NCBI GenBank assembly: GCA_963729045.1
Contig: CAVSMN010000012.1
Span: 96,001 to 160,000 of the forward strand
Length of the DNA stretch: 64,000 bases
DNA from: an uncultured Nitrososphaeraceae archaeon
GTDB lineage: Archaea > Thermoproteota > Nitrososphaeria > Nitrososphaerales > Nitrososphaeraceae
Reading direction: 5' to 3'
The first letter of the stretch is position 1, and each line of letters begins with the position of its first letter. The notes beneath the pieces were generated by a model. That model worked only from the letters and a program-made list of their open reading frames with translations. It searched no databases and had not been told where the DNA came from. A program made the position numbers and the translations under genes. Of this stretch, positions 23,357-35,325 are shown piece after piece.

Positions 23357-23925
23357 GATTTACATAAATCATTATTTATTTTCTTTCAATAATTAAAATT
23401 ATCAAACATATAGAAATATCTTATGATGGGTCCTAACAGAGAACCGTATCTATATAATTTTATTATTGTTGAATTCGATGCCACTTTAACTTACCGGTAA
23501 ATATAAGAGATCTAGAAATTTAAAATTTAATTTGGAAAAACTATTGGAACCTTACTATTACTATGATCTTTATTTCAATCGATGAGGACTGACAAAATAT
23601 AAAATTTTATGAATCATTTATTTCTGTCCAATTCAATTCAACCTTTTCAAATATTTATTTATATTAATACGCTTTAGAATGGGGTATTATCTTATATGGT
23701 TTTAAAACAAGTGTAATAAAATTAAATCTAAGTTCAGAATGTTCCATTTTATTTGTTAAATACAATGAACGATCCGATTCATTACACTGAAAAATTGATA
23801 AATTTAAAGATCAATGACTTGTGGGCACATAAGATATGAAATGAAAAACTTATCAGTGTGTTGATAAGGAATTCGAATCAAGATCAATTGTTTAACCTAA
23901 TAAAACATAATATACTAAAAAATCT

Positions 23926-24936
23926 GTGTCAAAATCATCAGAAATTAGAACAAAATTAAGCATTCAAGCTTCGCATGAGCAAATTAATCCTATTGACTTG
24001 TTAGATGATGTGATATATCTAGATAAAAAGGGGATAAAACGTTGTTGGACTAGCGATCATTATATGCCTTGGTGGAATACAGGAGCTTCAGGAGGGGCTG
24101 CATGGCCTTGGATGGGAGCTGCATTAGCAAAAACTACAAAATTGGTAATCGGAACCGGAGTAACAGCTCCTATCCTAAGATACCATCCTGCAATTGTTGC
24201 ACAAGTATTTGCAACATTGGCTTATATGTTTCCAAAAAGAGTGTTTTTAGGAATAGGAAGAGGAGAAGCATTAAACGAAGTGCCTTCTGGAAATGTTTGG
24301 CCAACAAATAAAGAAAAACTAAAGCGTTTAAAAGAATCCATTAAACTAATAAAAAAATTATGGTCAGAAGATTGGGTTAATTTTAGTGGAGAATTTTATT
24401 CGGTTAAAGATTCTAATTTATATACTAAACCCAATTATCCAATTCCAATATATATTGCTGGTCTAGGTATACAATCAGCTCAATTAGCCGGTGAAGAAGG
24501 AAATGGATTTGTCACTAACGAATTAGACATAAACAAGATAAAAGATTCCCTATTACCGGCGGTAAAAAAAGGATGTTTTAAATCAGGAAAAGACTATGAG
24601 AAACTAGAAAAGATATTATTTATTCCTGCTTCATATGATGAAAATAAACAAAAGGCATTAGAATCGATTAGATTTTGGAGAGGATCTATGATTAAAGCGT
24701 TCTTTGACGTTGATGTACATGATCCAAGAAAGATTGAAGAAAATGGTCAGGTTATTGATGATGATTCTCTGGAAAAAAAATTATTTGTTATATCTGATGA
24801 GGAAGAAGGAATCAAGAAACTACAAAAATATGTAGACATTGGATTTACTGAAATTGTATTTACTAATTCTAGTCCTGACAGAAAGAAATTTGTAGATATG
24901 TTACCAAAAATATCTAATATTATAAACTATCAGTAA
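23926..24936 (+). CDS. F420-dependent LLM-class oxidoreductase (G6PDH-like)
   Basis: SHEQ, SDHYMPW, TGVTAP, GRGEALNE. Confidence 0.88.
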   Translation: MSKSSEIRTKLSIQASHEQINPIDLLDDVIYLDKKGIKRCWTSDHYMPWWNTGASGGAAWPWMGAALAKTTKLVIGTGVTAPILRYHPAIVAQVFATLAYMFPKRVFLGIGRGEALNEVPSGNVWPTNKEKLKRLKESIKLIKKLWSEDWVNFSGEFYSVKDSNLYTKPNYPIPIYIAGLGIQSAQLAGEEGNGFVTNELDINKIKDSLLPAVKKGCFKSGKDYEKLEKILFIPASYDENKQKALESIRFWRGSMIKAFFDVDVHDPRKIEENGQVIDDDSLEKKLFVISDEEEGIKKLQKYVDIGFTEIVFTNSSPDRKKFVDMLPKISNIINYQ

Positions 24937-25255
24937 GCATTTCATCTAATTATATTACTTTAAATGTATCCTTTAATCAAAATTCTATAATATGAATCTA
25001 GAATCAATTAATACATGAATTTTACTAAAAGGATTCTTTTGACTTTCAATTTGCATATAATGGAAAAATAAAAATCAGCAAGCTTGTTAATTATTATAAT
25101 ATTTAGCCTTATCATTTTCTATTACGTTTACAAAAAGCATTTTTTAATACTCTTTTACCATTATCTTATTATATTCTCGAATATGTGAGGTCTATATCCC
25201 TTTATCCTCTGCGTGTTCTAATATCTATTTAAAGTTTACAGTACAATAGATATCA

Positions 25256-25459
25256 GTGAACAAGATTAACTTTATTATGTTTTTATGTATTGGGATAGGT
25301 ATAATCGCATCAACTAACATAGTGATGACATTTGCAATAGCCCAAGAAAATATATCAAAGGAAATGCCCAATGCTCCGAAGGGAATGAAGAATATGTCAA
25401 TGTCGGTAAATGATATAAGAAATGCAACTATCGGAATGGACAACTCGCCATTTAGCTGA
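25256..25459 (+). CDS. Small secreted Met-rich protein
   Basis: Signal peptide ending AIAQ; TTTAAA about 27 nt upstream. Confidence 0.55.
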   Translation: MNKINFIMFLCIGIGIIASTNIVMTFAIAQENISKEMPNAPKGMKNMSMSVNDIRNATIGMDNSPFS

Positions 25460-25829
25460 AAAAAGAATATTTCAAAAATTTAATAATAAAATTAGTAACC
25501 TTTGTATTAGTTAGTTTAGAAAGACATTCTCAATTTGCCAGTATACTGATAATTATTACAAGGAGATAATTTAATTAGTTTGCATTAGTTGTTTAAAAAA
25601 ATAAATATTGTTTCATTTCAAAATAGTTAATGGAAGCATGATAGGTCATATTGGATATTTCTATTGGCTATTCTTTAATTCAATATATTGCAATTACAGT
25701 AAATCGTATCTTAAGATGATTTGGAATATTTAAAAGCGTTTGATTTCTAATTTCATGAGGATTAAATTACCACATGAAGGTAATAAAAGTCAATACAAAT
25801 TCACACAACTTTTCAAGGAAAAGGAAAAT

Positions 25830-26102
25830 CTACTTCGTTGTATTTTGCCTCATTTCAGATACTATTGAATGATTATAAGTATCTGAAGTAGTATTAGTAA
25901 GACAATTTACCATTGACACATTTATACCCATATCCGGAGTACATTTATACATCGTAGTTTGACCTTCAACAGGATTCTGATATGAAAAGTCGATAACATT
26001 TAATGTTACGGATACAAAAAATAGAATCAAACTTACTTTGAGAATTTGAGGATTGGTGAATTCGATTTTTGGGTGAGATCTATACTCTTGATTTTTAACC
26101 AT
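25830..26102 (-). CDS. Small membrane-anchored/secreted hypothetical protein
   Basis: Single hydrophobic segment, two Cys, several NxS/T sequons. Confidence 0.5.
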   Translation of the reverse strand: MVKNQEYRSHPKIEFTNPQILKVSLILFFVSVTLNVIDFSYQNPVEGQTTMYKCTPDMGINVSMVNCLTNTTSDTYNHSIVSEMRQNTTK

Positions 26103-26465
26103 GGATAAAATATGTATAACAAAGTATTTTAATTACGATAGAGTAAATCACTAGAATACTCAACAGTTAGAATCATGAGACTTAGCAGACAAACGAACCT
26201 ATTCTAATATTTGTACTCTTCATTTGAGGGGTTAAAATTGATAATAACATATTCTTATAGATACAGTTCAAAAGTCTACGATATTAAAAATGGAACAATG
26301 TTAGACATACTTTTGAGAAACTTACCTTTCATGGCAAGTATCCCTCTATCTGATTGAAAAATAAAATTGAATTAATTCTAGCAAGTCCGTATTATACATA
26401 CAATCATACAAATCGAAAAACAAATCGAATTCGTGAATTCTCTAATTGTCCATGATTTTTAACTC

Positions 26466-28940
26466 TTGTTGACATTAATAACATGGCGCCATAAAACTTT
26501 GTTAAATCCTGATGATAAAAGAGATACGGTTGAGCAATTGAATGATTCGGCTAAAAGTCCAGAATCATCAAACATATTTGATTCCTATCGGTCTGTTACA
26601 AACTTCAATGATAAATTGAGTCAAGAAAAAGAAGAACGAACGAATATTCATGAATTCCAAATAATACAGGGTGAGGAAAAGGTAAAAAGAGTCCTTGATC
26701 ATATTACAACAAACTGCAAAAGTGGACTCTTACTTTATGGGACAAAAAATTTACTTTCTGTTATCTTGGAAATACCATCATACCGAGAATTATTCACAGT
26801 TTTAAAAAACAGCAATGTAAATATAAAATTGTTAACAGAAATAACAGCCGACAATTTGGAATACTGTAAACAATTTATGAAAGACTTTGATGCTGAAATT
26901 CGACATTTAAAAGAGATAAGAGGCAATTTTGCTGTATCTAGTGAATTATATATTGCAATTAATAAGTTGGAAGAAAAAAAACCAATTATTGAATTAATAC
27001 GTAGTAATAGTAAAGATGTTGTCGAACAGAATCTCTACATATTTGATACTCTTTGGAAAAATGCAATACCTGTAGGGCAAAAAATGCAACAATTTGAGGA
27101 GAATCTCTCACTTCCCGAACCTTATTCTATAGAAAATACCACCAATATCCTTAATTATGTTATAGATTTAGTTCATAATGTTAAGGCCGGTCTTTCAAGT
27201 TGTACTTCGCAAGGCTACTTTAAAGTATTAGATCAAAATGAAAAACTTTTTCATGCATACTCTAAACTACTTTCCAAACATAAAGAAGGAAAAGTAAAGA
27301 CAGGAATTAGATGGATAACACACTTGGAGGACAAGAAAGAAGACCTTGATTTGATAAAAAAATTTCTAGATATGGGTATCAAAATAAGACATACTAACAA
27401 TCTACCCCCGTTAAACTTTCTATTATCGGAAATACAGTTTGCTAGTACTGTAGAAAACGGTGATAACAAAAAGATGTTTGAAAAACTTCTTCATACCGCT
27501 GAGCCTCTCTATATCGAACATTTCCAGACGATCTTTGAGGAACTGTGGAAGAATTCAATAGATGCACATGAACGAATCGATCAAATAGAGAAAGGGATTG
27601 GCTCAGAAACTACAAAATTAATTGATAATCCTTCTCAGACTAAAATGCTGTTGCTAAATACCATAGAAAATGCAAAACAGGAAATATTGATGATCTTTCC
27701 GTCCATTAATGCAGTAAAGAGAAAAAACAACATAGGTGTAATAGATATAATTAAACAAAAAAGCCAGAAGGACGTTAAGGTTAAAGTCTTGTCACCAATC
27801 GATAGTGAGGTTAAAAAGGTCTTGATGTATCTGTCGGATGATATCAATAATCGAGATTCACCTTATATTGTCAGAGAAATCGCAAAACAGAAAGACTTTA
27901 AACGAACCATATTACTAGTAGATAGAAAATATTTTCTAGCTATAGAACCTAGGGACGATTCAAAAGACGCCTTTGAACAGGCCACCGCTGTATCTACATA
28001 TTCTACAAGCCAACCCACAGTATACTCCTACATCTCTATCTTTGAAAGCCTTTGGGAACAAACAGAGATGGCGAATAATTTAAGGACAGCAAATGAAAAA
28101 CTAATTGAAAGTGAAGAAACAGAGCGAGAGTTTATTAATGTCGCCGCACATGAACTTCGAACTCCTACACAAGCCATTACAGGATATTCTGAAATAAATG
28201 ATGAAATATTTAAAATTTTGTTAAATGATGAAAATGTGACTAAACAGGTTGAATTGAAACAAATTCTTGATAGTCTTCACAATCATCACGTAAGCATTTC
28301 TAGAAACGCAGAGAGGTTAGATAATTTGATAAACAATCTATTAGATGTTGCACGGATAGATTCTAGTCAGAAAAACATGATAATACTGCATAAGAAAGAA
28401 TTTGATCTCATTAGTGAAATAAAAGATATTGTTAAGAACCAATTGAATCAAAAATTAAAAGTCAAAAACATCAAAATAAGTTTTGCTAATGACACCTTGG
28501 ATGAAACTTGTTATATCTATGCTGATAAATCTAGATTAGATCAGATATTGATTAACCTTCTAGAGAATGCTATCAAGTTTTCTGCCACGGATGGCTCTAT
28601 AGATATCAAGGTCCAAGAAAATATCTCTGAAATAATTAAGAAAGGAGAAAACACGAGAACTAATAATTCTTCTGAGAATTTAAAATCTACCTCTGTAGAC
28701 AAAGAAGATAAGAGAGAAATATATATTTCCGTATCTGATTCTGGTAAAGGCATTTCTTCCATCATGTTACCTAGACTATTTCAAAAGTTTTTTACAGATT
28801 CTAACTATGGAACCGGTCTTGGACTGTATATTACCAAAAAATTAGTTGAGGCCATGGGAGGTAGAATATGGGCGTTTAATAATAATGACGGAATTGGCTC
28901 TACTTTTGTATTTAGTTTACCTGTGACAGATACAAAATAA
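26466..28940 (+). CDS. Large cytoplasmic sensor histidine kinase
   Basis: AAHELRTP, NLLENAIKF, DSGKG, GTGLGL; three repeated N-terminal domains ending IFDTLW/IFEELW/IFESLW. Confidence 0.93.
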   Translation: MLTLITWRHKTLLNPDDKRDTVEQLNDSAKSPESSNIFDSYRSVTNFNDKLSQEKEERTNIHEFQIIQGEEKVKRVLDHITTNCKSGLLLYGTKNLLSVILEIPSYRELFTVLKNSNVNIKLLTEITADNLEYCKQFMKDFDAEIRHLKEIRGNFAVSSELYIAINKLEEKKPIIELIRSNSKDVVEQNLYIFDTLWKNAIPVGQKMQQFEENLSLPEPYSIENTTNILNYVIDLVHNVKAGLSSCTSQGYFKVLDQNEKLFHAYSKLLSKHKEGKVKTGIRWITHLEDKKEDLDLIKKFLDMGIKIRHTNNLPPLNFLLSEIQFASTVENGDNKKMFEKLLHTAEPLYIEHFQTIFEELWKNSIDAHERIDQIEKGIGSETTKLIDNPSQTKMLLLNTIENAKQEILMIFPSINAVKRKNNIGVIDIIKQKSQKDVKVKVLSPIDSEVKKVLMYLSDDINNRDSPYIVREIAKQKDFKRTILLVDRKYFLAIEPRDDSKDAFEQATAVSTYSTSQPTVYSYISIFESLWEQTEMANNLRTANEKLIESEETEREFINVAAHELRTPTQAITGYSEINDEIFKILLNDENVTKQVELKQILDSLHNHHVSISRNAERLDNLINNLLDVARIDSSQKNMIILHKKEFDLISEIKDIVKNQLNQKLKVKNIKISFANDTLDETCYIYADKSRLDQILINLLENAIKFSATDGSIDIKVQENISEIIKKGENTRTNNSSENLKSTSVDKEDKREIYISVSDSGKGISSIMLPRLFQKFFTDSNYGTGLGLYITKKLVEAMGGRIWAFNNNDGIGSTFVFSLPVTDTK

Positions 28941-29220
28941 TTCGATGGAATAAAAATATCCTAAATAAAATGATCAAAATCATCATCCTATATATTTTGT
29001 GCTAATTTTTATACCTTTAATCTAATACTTTATGGAATTCTAATTCAAAATTGATTCCGCAAATGATTATTTTAGAAGCGGGTTACCAATATCGAAGGTA
29101 CGCAAAAGTTCTGTCTTATTCCTTTTATGGTGTTAATAGACTTTGAAAATTACAAACTTTTGTCCTTTGCAAGTAATATAACCCATTATTAGTTCCCAAA
29201 TGTATCGATATTCTAACTTG

Positions 29221-30432
29221 CTAATCTTCTTTGAGCGATTTCCATCGATACCTTTTGTTTTTCTAATATGTTTTCGTAAATTAAACAATGTTGTCTTGCT
29301 ATAGTATTCCAATCGATATTGTGTCTAAATTCTTTGACATTTAGTTCAAAACTTTCATAGTTTTTTTCCAGTTCAACAAATGCTTTTTCAAAAGAACGAG
29401 GCTTTCCTATTTGATACTATACCTAGGTTCAATTCTGAAAACTCCTTGAAAAAACCCAGGTTAGAAGAGATAAAGGGTTTTCCGTGACCTAACCCATCAA
29501 ACATTATGCCTGAACCAGAAGAAACTTTGTAAGGTAGAAATACTGCGTCGCAAGAAAAAAATAATAGTGATAGTTCTTCCTCTGAAAGATATTGCTTGCT
29601 TAGGTTAATGATTTGATTATTAATTTTGCTATTCTTTAAATCTAAACCAGCATTTTCTGTATTATAAAAATTTTTAGAATAATTAACAATTAGTTTCCAA
29701 TTCATTGGCATCTTCATATTTTTTATTATATCCCATCCCTTTGTGGATGTAAAGAAGCCTTGTGCTAATGCTAGTCTTCCTTGTGGAGGTAATCCTAGTT
29801 TTTCCCTTGCATCTTTCTGCGTAATACCAATAGTAGTTGGCCAGGGGTCTGAGCCATGATATATTAAGATTGGTTCCGGGTATCAAAGTCTTCATATAAT
29901 TAGAAAGTACTATTCCATATGCACTTTTTGACATTATTTGTTTATTTATTCGATGCAATGATGGATAATTAATAAGTTGTTTCCAAATTTTGTAAAAAAC
30001 ATGCAGTCTTAGTATATCTTTACTATTGCTTTCTTTTGTATTTAGTAATTGCATCCATTGTTTGAAATACATTGAAGTATGAAACGTAGTAACAATTGGG
30101 ATAGTACATTTATCATAAAATTTATCCAACCATGTGCTGGTTTTAGGAGGAAACAATGGATTAAGATAAAAGCCATATAGTCCATGCTCATGTTGAATAT
30201 GTACTATATCTGGATTGTACTCTTGTATTATATTTAGGAGTAACTCGGAATTTTGCTTATTATGTGGAGATAATCCATGGTAGTCTCCAGAACCATGAGA
30301 ATCAGACACAACTTTAACATCTAAATTATTTGAACGTAAAGATTTTACCAAGTTGCAAGTGTAGCGACCAACACCACCATGCATGGGAGGGTATTCAGTG
30401 CTAACCATTAAAATTTTTAAATTTGGGTGCAA
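29221..30432 (-). CDS. GT4 family glycosyltransferase; two frameshifts (near 29865 and 29390)
   Basis: TEYPPMHGGVGRY, PDIVHIQHE, IYHG...KG, CDAVFLPY...GKPFISS, IDWNTIA, spread over three frames. Confidence 0.82.
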
Positions 30433-30755
30433 TATTTAATGCAATTATTAATGTGTATAATAGTTAAAATACATCTAACATATACTTTTTCTTATGATTA
30501 TTAATTAGTCCTATACGATGTTTATTATTGTTCCTGAACATGGTATGTGATAATTTACCAAAAAAAATCATTACGAAAATTTAAATTAATTATTTCTCAT
30601 AGATCTTAAAAACTAGAGTTCTCGAAATAGATAAGATTTCTATTTTCTATATTATGCTGTCTATTATTGACTTAAATGACTTTAATTGATCCTTAAATAC
30701 ATTGTTAAACAATAACAGTTATGTAAAACTAAAGTGACAATAAAAAAATACAGTA

Positions 30756-30919
30756 GTGAGGAATTCTAAACAAGTGCTGATGAAGTTGAAGACACACTTG
30801 AAGAAACAGGAGATAAAATTAAAGCAGGTGCAAAAGCTGTCGGAAATAAAATAAAAGATCCCAATAGAGATTTAGATACTGAATACGATAAAGAAAAGTT
30901 AAAGGAAAATCTCAATTAA
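30756..30919 (+). CDS. Small LEA/CsbD-like hydrophilic protein; start disrupted by a probable 1-nt deletion
   Basis: TSADEVEDTLEETGDKIKAGAKAVGNKIKDPNRDLDTEYDKEKLKENLN* at 30770-30919. Confidence 0.6.
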
Positions 30920-31324
30920 TTACAAGTTTTCTATTTATTATTCAAATTCATTTATTTACTAGTCACTAGGCTATTTTTCCTATATCTTGTATGTTAAAAA
31001 TACCGGGAAAAAGTTAGGAATATCCTGGTTAGCCAAGAGTAAATAATCAAGGTCAATATGTCTCCGATTCAAGATAACTATATTCAACATGAGAAATATT
31101 TGGTTCCTTCGTAAATGTATTACTTGAGTATGATGAAGTAATAAAATTATTATTGCATGGGATAGGATGAGCAACCCTGAGAATGGTTCTCATAACCTTT
31201 GCGTCCCAATTGGTCACAAAACGATGTCTTTTCTGTGAGGAATTAGGTTTTGGCCTATTTGGGTAAGCATTGCGACTTTTTCCTTTATATCACCTATTTA
31301 TAGTTTGAACAATAGATCTTTACA

Positions 31325-31765
31325 ATGTCTAAAATAAATATATCGTTATTTGGAATTGTGATTGCAACTATATTTTCAATGACTCTTGGTTTACAATCAG
31401 CCAATGCCGAACCCATGACTATGGATATTAATAAAGCTAAAGATCCTGGTCCTGGATTTGGTACAGAAAAGATAGGGACACTCTCAATCGATACCCAAAA
31501 TAAAACATTAGATATTTCAGTAAATATGACTGCAACGCCTAAACAGGATAAAGTCTTTGAAGCATGGCTGGTTGACGCAGACGGATCTAACTACAAGTTA
31601 AGCTTAGGTTCACTTGATGGAAATAGCTTGAAAGTCTCAGATAACATGGTAAATCCTTATACCTATACACAATTTATTATAACTGAAGAACCAGTTGATG
31701 ATGTTGACCCTAATGCAGCAGGTACATATGGTGGAGCTGAATTACAGGCACCATTCGGACAATAA
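31325..31765 (+). CDS. Secreted protein resembling the RskA C-terminal (anti-sigma-like) domain
   Basis: Signal peptide (SANA), then VFEAWLVD...YKLSLG...FIITEEP. Confidence 0.65.
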   Translation: MSKINISLFGIVIATIFSMTLGLQSANAEPMTMDINKAKDPGPGFGTEKIGTLSIDTQNKTLDISVNMTATPKQDKVFEAWLVDADGSNYKLSLGSLDGNSLKVSDNMVNPYTYTQFIITEEPVDDVDPNAAGTYGGAELQAPFGQ

Positions 31766-32231
31766 TACCTTTTTTTCTTTTTAGACCTATTAGTTAATCA
31801 TGATCAACCATGAGCATTTATGTACTAAATTTTGATAGAGCATGTCGACTGTTAGTATATGAAACACCTACAAATATTGCTTAAGTGTTAATGGCACCAA
31901 TAAATCAAGTAATATGCACAAAGCATTGCCGAACAAATAGAAGCCAAGCGTTTGAATATTTGAATTACCGCCCTTGGGAAAATAGATATAACCGATCCTT
32001 TGATGACTATTGCTACCTGCCTACTAATATTAATAGTACTAACTACTCCGGTCAATCGGTCATCAATAGTTAATAAATCAATTCCATATCAGATTTAATA
32101 AACCAGTAATTGGTTGTTTAATGATCGTTCCCAAGAAAATATTGTTTATTAGGATGTCCAAACTTCTTATTAGATGATATTCTCACTACAAAATAAATAA
32201 ATGCATACATCTTCCGTAATTTACTGCATGA

Positions 32232-32579
32232 TTAGCTGCTGAAAGTCCCATTATTTGTTGCTATTTTATCGGCACCGGGTATCTCCGACCATACTGCGGG
32301 ATCTATTATATTAATAATATTTAGTATTCCTATGAACATCATAAATACGATTATGGATATGAAACCTATTTTAGAAAATAATATTCCCATTTTGTCATTG
32401 TCATTTAGATAATTGAAGCAAGCAACTGAAAACATAATTACAATAACTACTGCAATAGTTACAAACATTGAACGATTGGGAAATTCGGCTGGAGAAAATG
32501 AAGAAATTGTAAGTAATATTAGGAATCCACCAATGATAGTGGCATCGATCATTAGTAGATCTTTGGGATTCATCTTCAT
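32232..32579 (-). CDS. Hypothetical 3-TM membrane protein
   Basis: Three hydrophobic stretches; TTTATAA about 28 nt upstream. Confidence 0.65.
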   Translation of the reverse strand: MKMNPKDLLMIDATIIGGFLILLTISSFSPAEFPNRSMFVTIAVVIVIMFSVACFNYLNDNDKMGILFSKIGFISIIVFMMFIGILNIINIIDPAVWSEIPGADKIATNNGTFSS

Positions 32580-32717
32580 ACGGACATGGCCTCAGACTTA
32601 TATCTTTATAAATTCCATTCTGACATTTGAACTTGTAGCATAATTATTACTAAACCTACTAGCTACTCTCTTACTGAATATCAGTTGGAAAGGTATAACT
32701 CTCAATAGATTTTCTAT

Positions 32718-33891
32718 CTATAGTTTGAATATTATTTTTGTCGCCTCTTGTTCCTTATTGTCAAAAATCTCATAAGCTTTCGGAGCTTCATCAAGTTTCA
32801 TTGTATGACTAATTATTTTGGTAGCATCTATTCTGCCAGTTTCAATTAAATGCAGTAGTTGTTCATTATATTTCTTGACAGGACATTGTCCAAGTCTAAT
32901 AGAAAGTTCTTTGTTCCACATTTGGCCAAAAGGAAATTTGTCGTAGGTTGAGCTGTAAGCTCCAGGAACCGATAGGGTAGAGAATTTTCTAGCACTCTGA
33001 CACATCCAATCAAGCACCTGGATTGGGTTAGCAGGTTCATAAATGGGATCGGAAACCTTAGAATGATCATGGATGCCACCAGAAGTCGTTACCATTACCT
33101 GAACCTGTTGTATGACCAACAGCCTCAAATCCGACTGCATCAATGCATAAGACTCCCTTTCCTTTGGATTCTTTATGGAGTACTTCAACAGGATTGTCCT
33201 TATCAAAATTTATGATTTCAGCCCCTAAATCCTTAGTCTTTGACAAGCGCTCATCTAAATGATCGATTGAAAAGACTCGAGCAGCTCCTCTAAGAAAGGA
33301 ACTCATAACTGCAAAATACCCAACAGGACCAGCACCAAAAACTGCCACATCATCGCCTGGCTGTACATTAGCCATGTCAGCCCCAAAGTATCCGGTTGGA
33401 AGTATATCACTAAGAAATAAAACTTGTTCATCTTTAGATATGCTATCAGGAACTTTGAGTGATGCAACAGTATTTGCGAAGGGTACCCTGACATACTCAG
33501 CTTGACCACCATCATAACCCCCTAACAACTGAGTGTAACCGAAAGCAGCCCCGACTTCTCCTTTAGGGTTTGATCTATTACATTGAGACCAAAACCCCCG
33601 GTTACAAAACCAACACTGTCCACAACTTATGTTAAATGGAATTACAACTCTGTCTCCCTCCTTAATCTCATGCACTGCCGGACCAACTTCTTCTATTACT
33701 CCCATGAATTCGTGACCTAAAGTCTGACCTGGTTCCATTCCTGGAGTCACCCCATGATAAAGATGCAAATCAGAGCCACAAATTGCTGAAGATGTTACCT
33801 TTAATATGATATCTTCTCTATCCTTAATCTGAGGTTTTGGTTTGTCATCGATTCGGACATCTTTAACTCCATGATATACTAGTGATTTCAC
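32718..33891 (-). CDS. Zn-dependent alcohol dehydrogenase (glutathione-independent formaldehyde dehydrogenase type); frameshift near 33080
   Basis: ICGSDLH, GHEFMG, CGQCWFC...C, LSDILPTG, GAGPVG, DAVG; C-terminal GQCPVKKY in the second ORF. Confidence 0.88.
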
Positions 33892-34929
33892 ATATCAAGA
33901 ATGTTAACATGATATAAAGTCGTAGTTTATTTTGGATCTAATTTATTTATGATTTGAATAATATAAGAAAACATTCCTAGATTTAGATAATCTCTAATTC
34001 CAGGATTATTTAGGAGTTAATAAACTTCAATCCTAGACTAGTAATATATCTATTACTAAAGTCACCGAACCCGCTTCTATATGCCATTAAATTGGATAGC
34101 TGATGAGGAATATACATACATGCACGGAGATAGTGACAACCAATAAAAATTCGAAAGTCTCATTGATACTCGGCTCCTTTACTCTACACGTCACGAAATC
34201 ATTAATGAAATTGAGCAAGCAACAGACTTTAAGCGGGAAAAAATCCATTTTTGAATTAAACTCAAAGGCTTTTCGGGGATTTTTAAAAGTGAACTCAAAA
34301 TATCAAATAGTCATCTCAATTTTTGACAAACTGGTGATATAAGGCATATGATCTAAAATTAAATTAAGAGTAATATATTGTGGTTTTTCTTGGATAAATA
34401 TTTAAACATGCTAGCTAGATACAAATAAACTTCCTATATTATTCACTGGGTTTTTTATGTTTTGAGACTGATTATACACCACTTGATAGCTTCAGCAACA
34501 AAGATGCGAAACATGGATAGATTTGTTTATTAAAAGTATGAGAGTTATAGATTTGAATCCCTATTCATATTTGCGGATCATTAAAGGTAGAAAGCGAGAT
34601 TTTGTAATAAAGGCAATAAATGCTTAAGGATGCGAAAAAAGGATAGTAAATACGTTCTTTCAAATGATCAAACCTAAGCGGGATGAATTAAAACAGAAGT
34701 GTCGGTTGTCGAGTGATATTCGCCTCTACATTTACTACCAACTAAAAAGAAATTAGGCATACTATTACGAAAATACATTTTTGTTCTCATATACAACACC
34801 GTATAATAACGTTGCTGTCTCAAAAACGTTAAGCTAATGAATCATACTAGCGAATCTTGCAAGTAAAATAATAAACTTGAAAATACGTTATACTAGATTA
34901 TTAATAACCTTTTTTGCATAGAAAAAGAT

Positions 34930-35115
34930 ATGAGTTTAGTTGGAGGAATAATTGTTTTAATAATAGGAATCATATTATATGCGATAGCTGGAATGTTACC
35001 ACCAGTAGCCACAAGAATTGCTAGAATTCTAGGAATTGTTTTGGCGATCATAGGTGTTATCCTAATTGTGCTTGCAGCTGTAGGAGTTGCATTTGGTTTG
35101 GCTCTACCATTGTAA
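34930..35115 (+). CDS. Small 2-TM membrane protein
   Basis: 61 aa; two hydrophobic helices joined by PPVATRIAR. Confidence 0.65.
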   Translation: MSLVGGIIVLIIGIILYAIAGMLPPVATRIARILGIVLAIIGVILIVLAAVGVAFGLALPL

Positions 35116-35325
35116 ACTTTTGTAATTGAAATCAAATTAGGTGCACATCAATACTTTTTTTAAGCAATCTACATTCTATGATGTACTCTTTCATATTTTC
35201 TGACTTGTCGCATAATCTTGTCTGCCTAGTTCATTGATTTAATATCCTGAAAAATGGGGGAGAGTTCATGTCAAATACTGCAACGATACTAGCATATATG
35301 ATCGACGATCTATTGCCACAAATAA

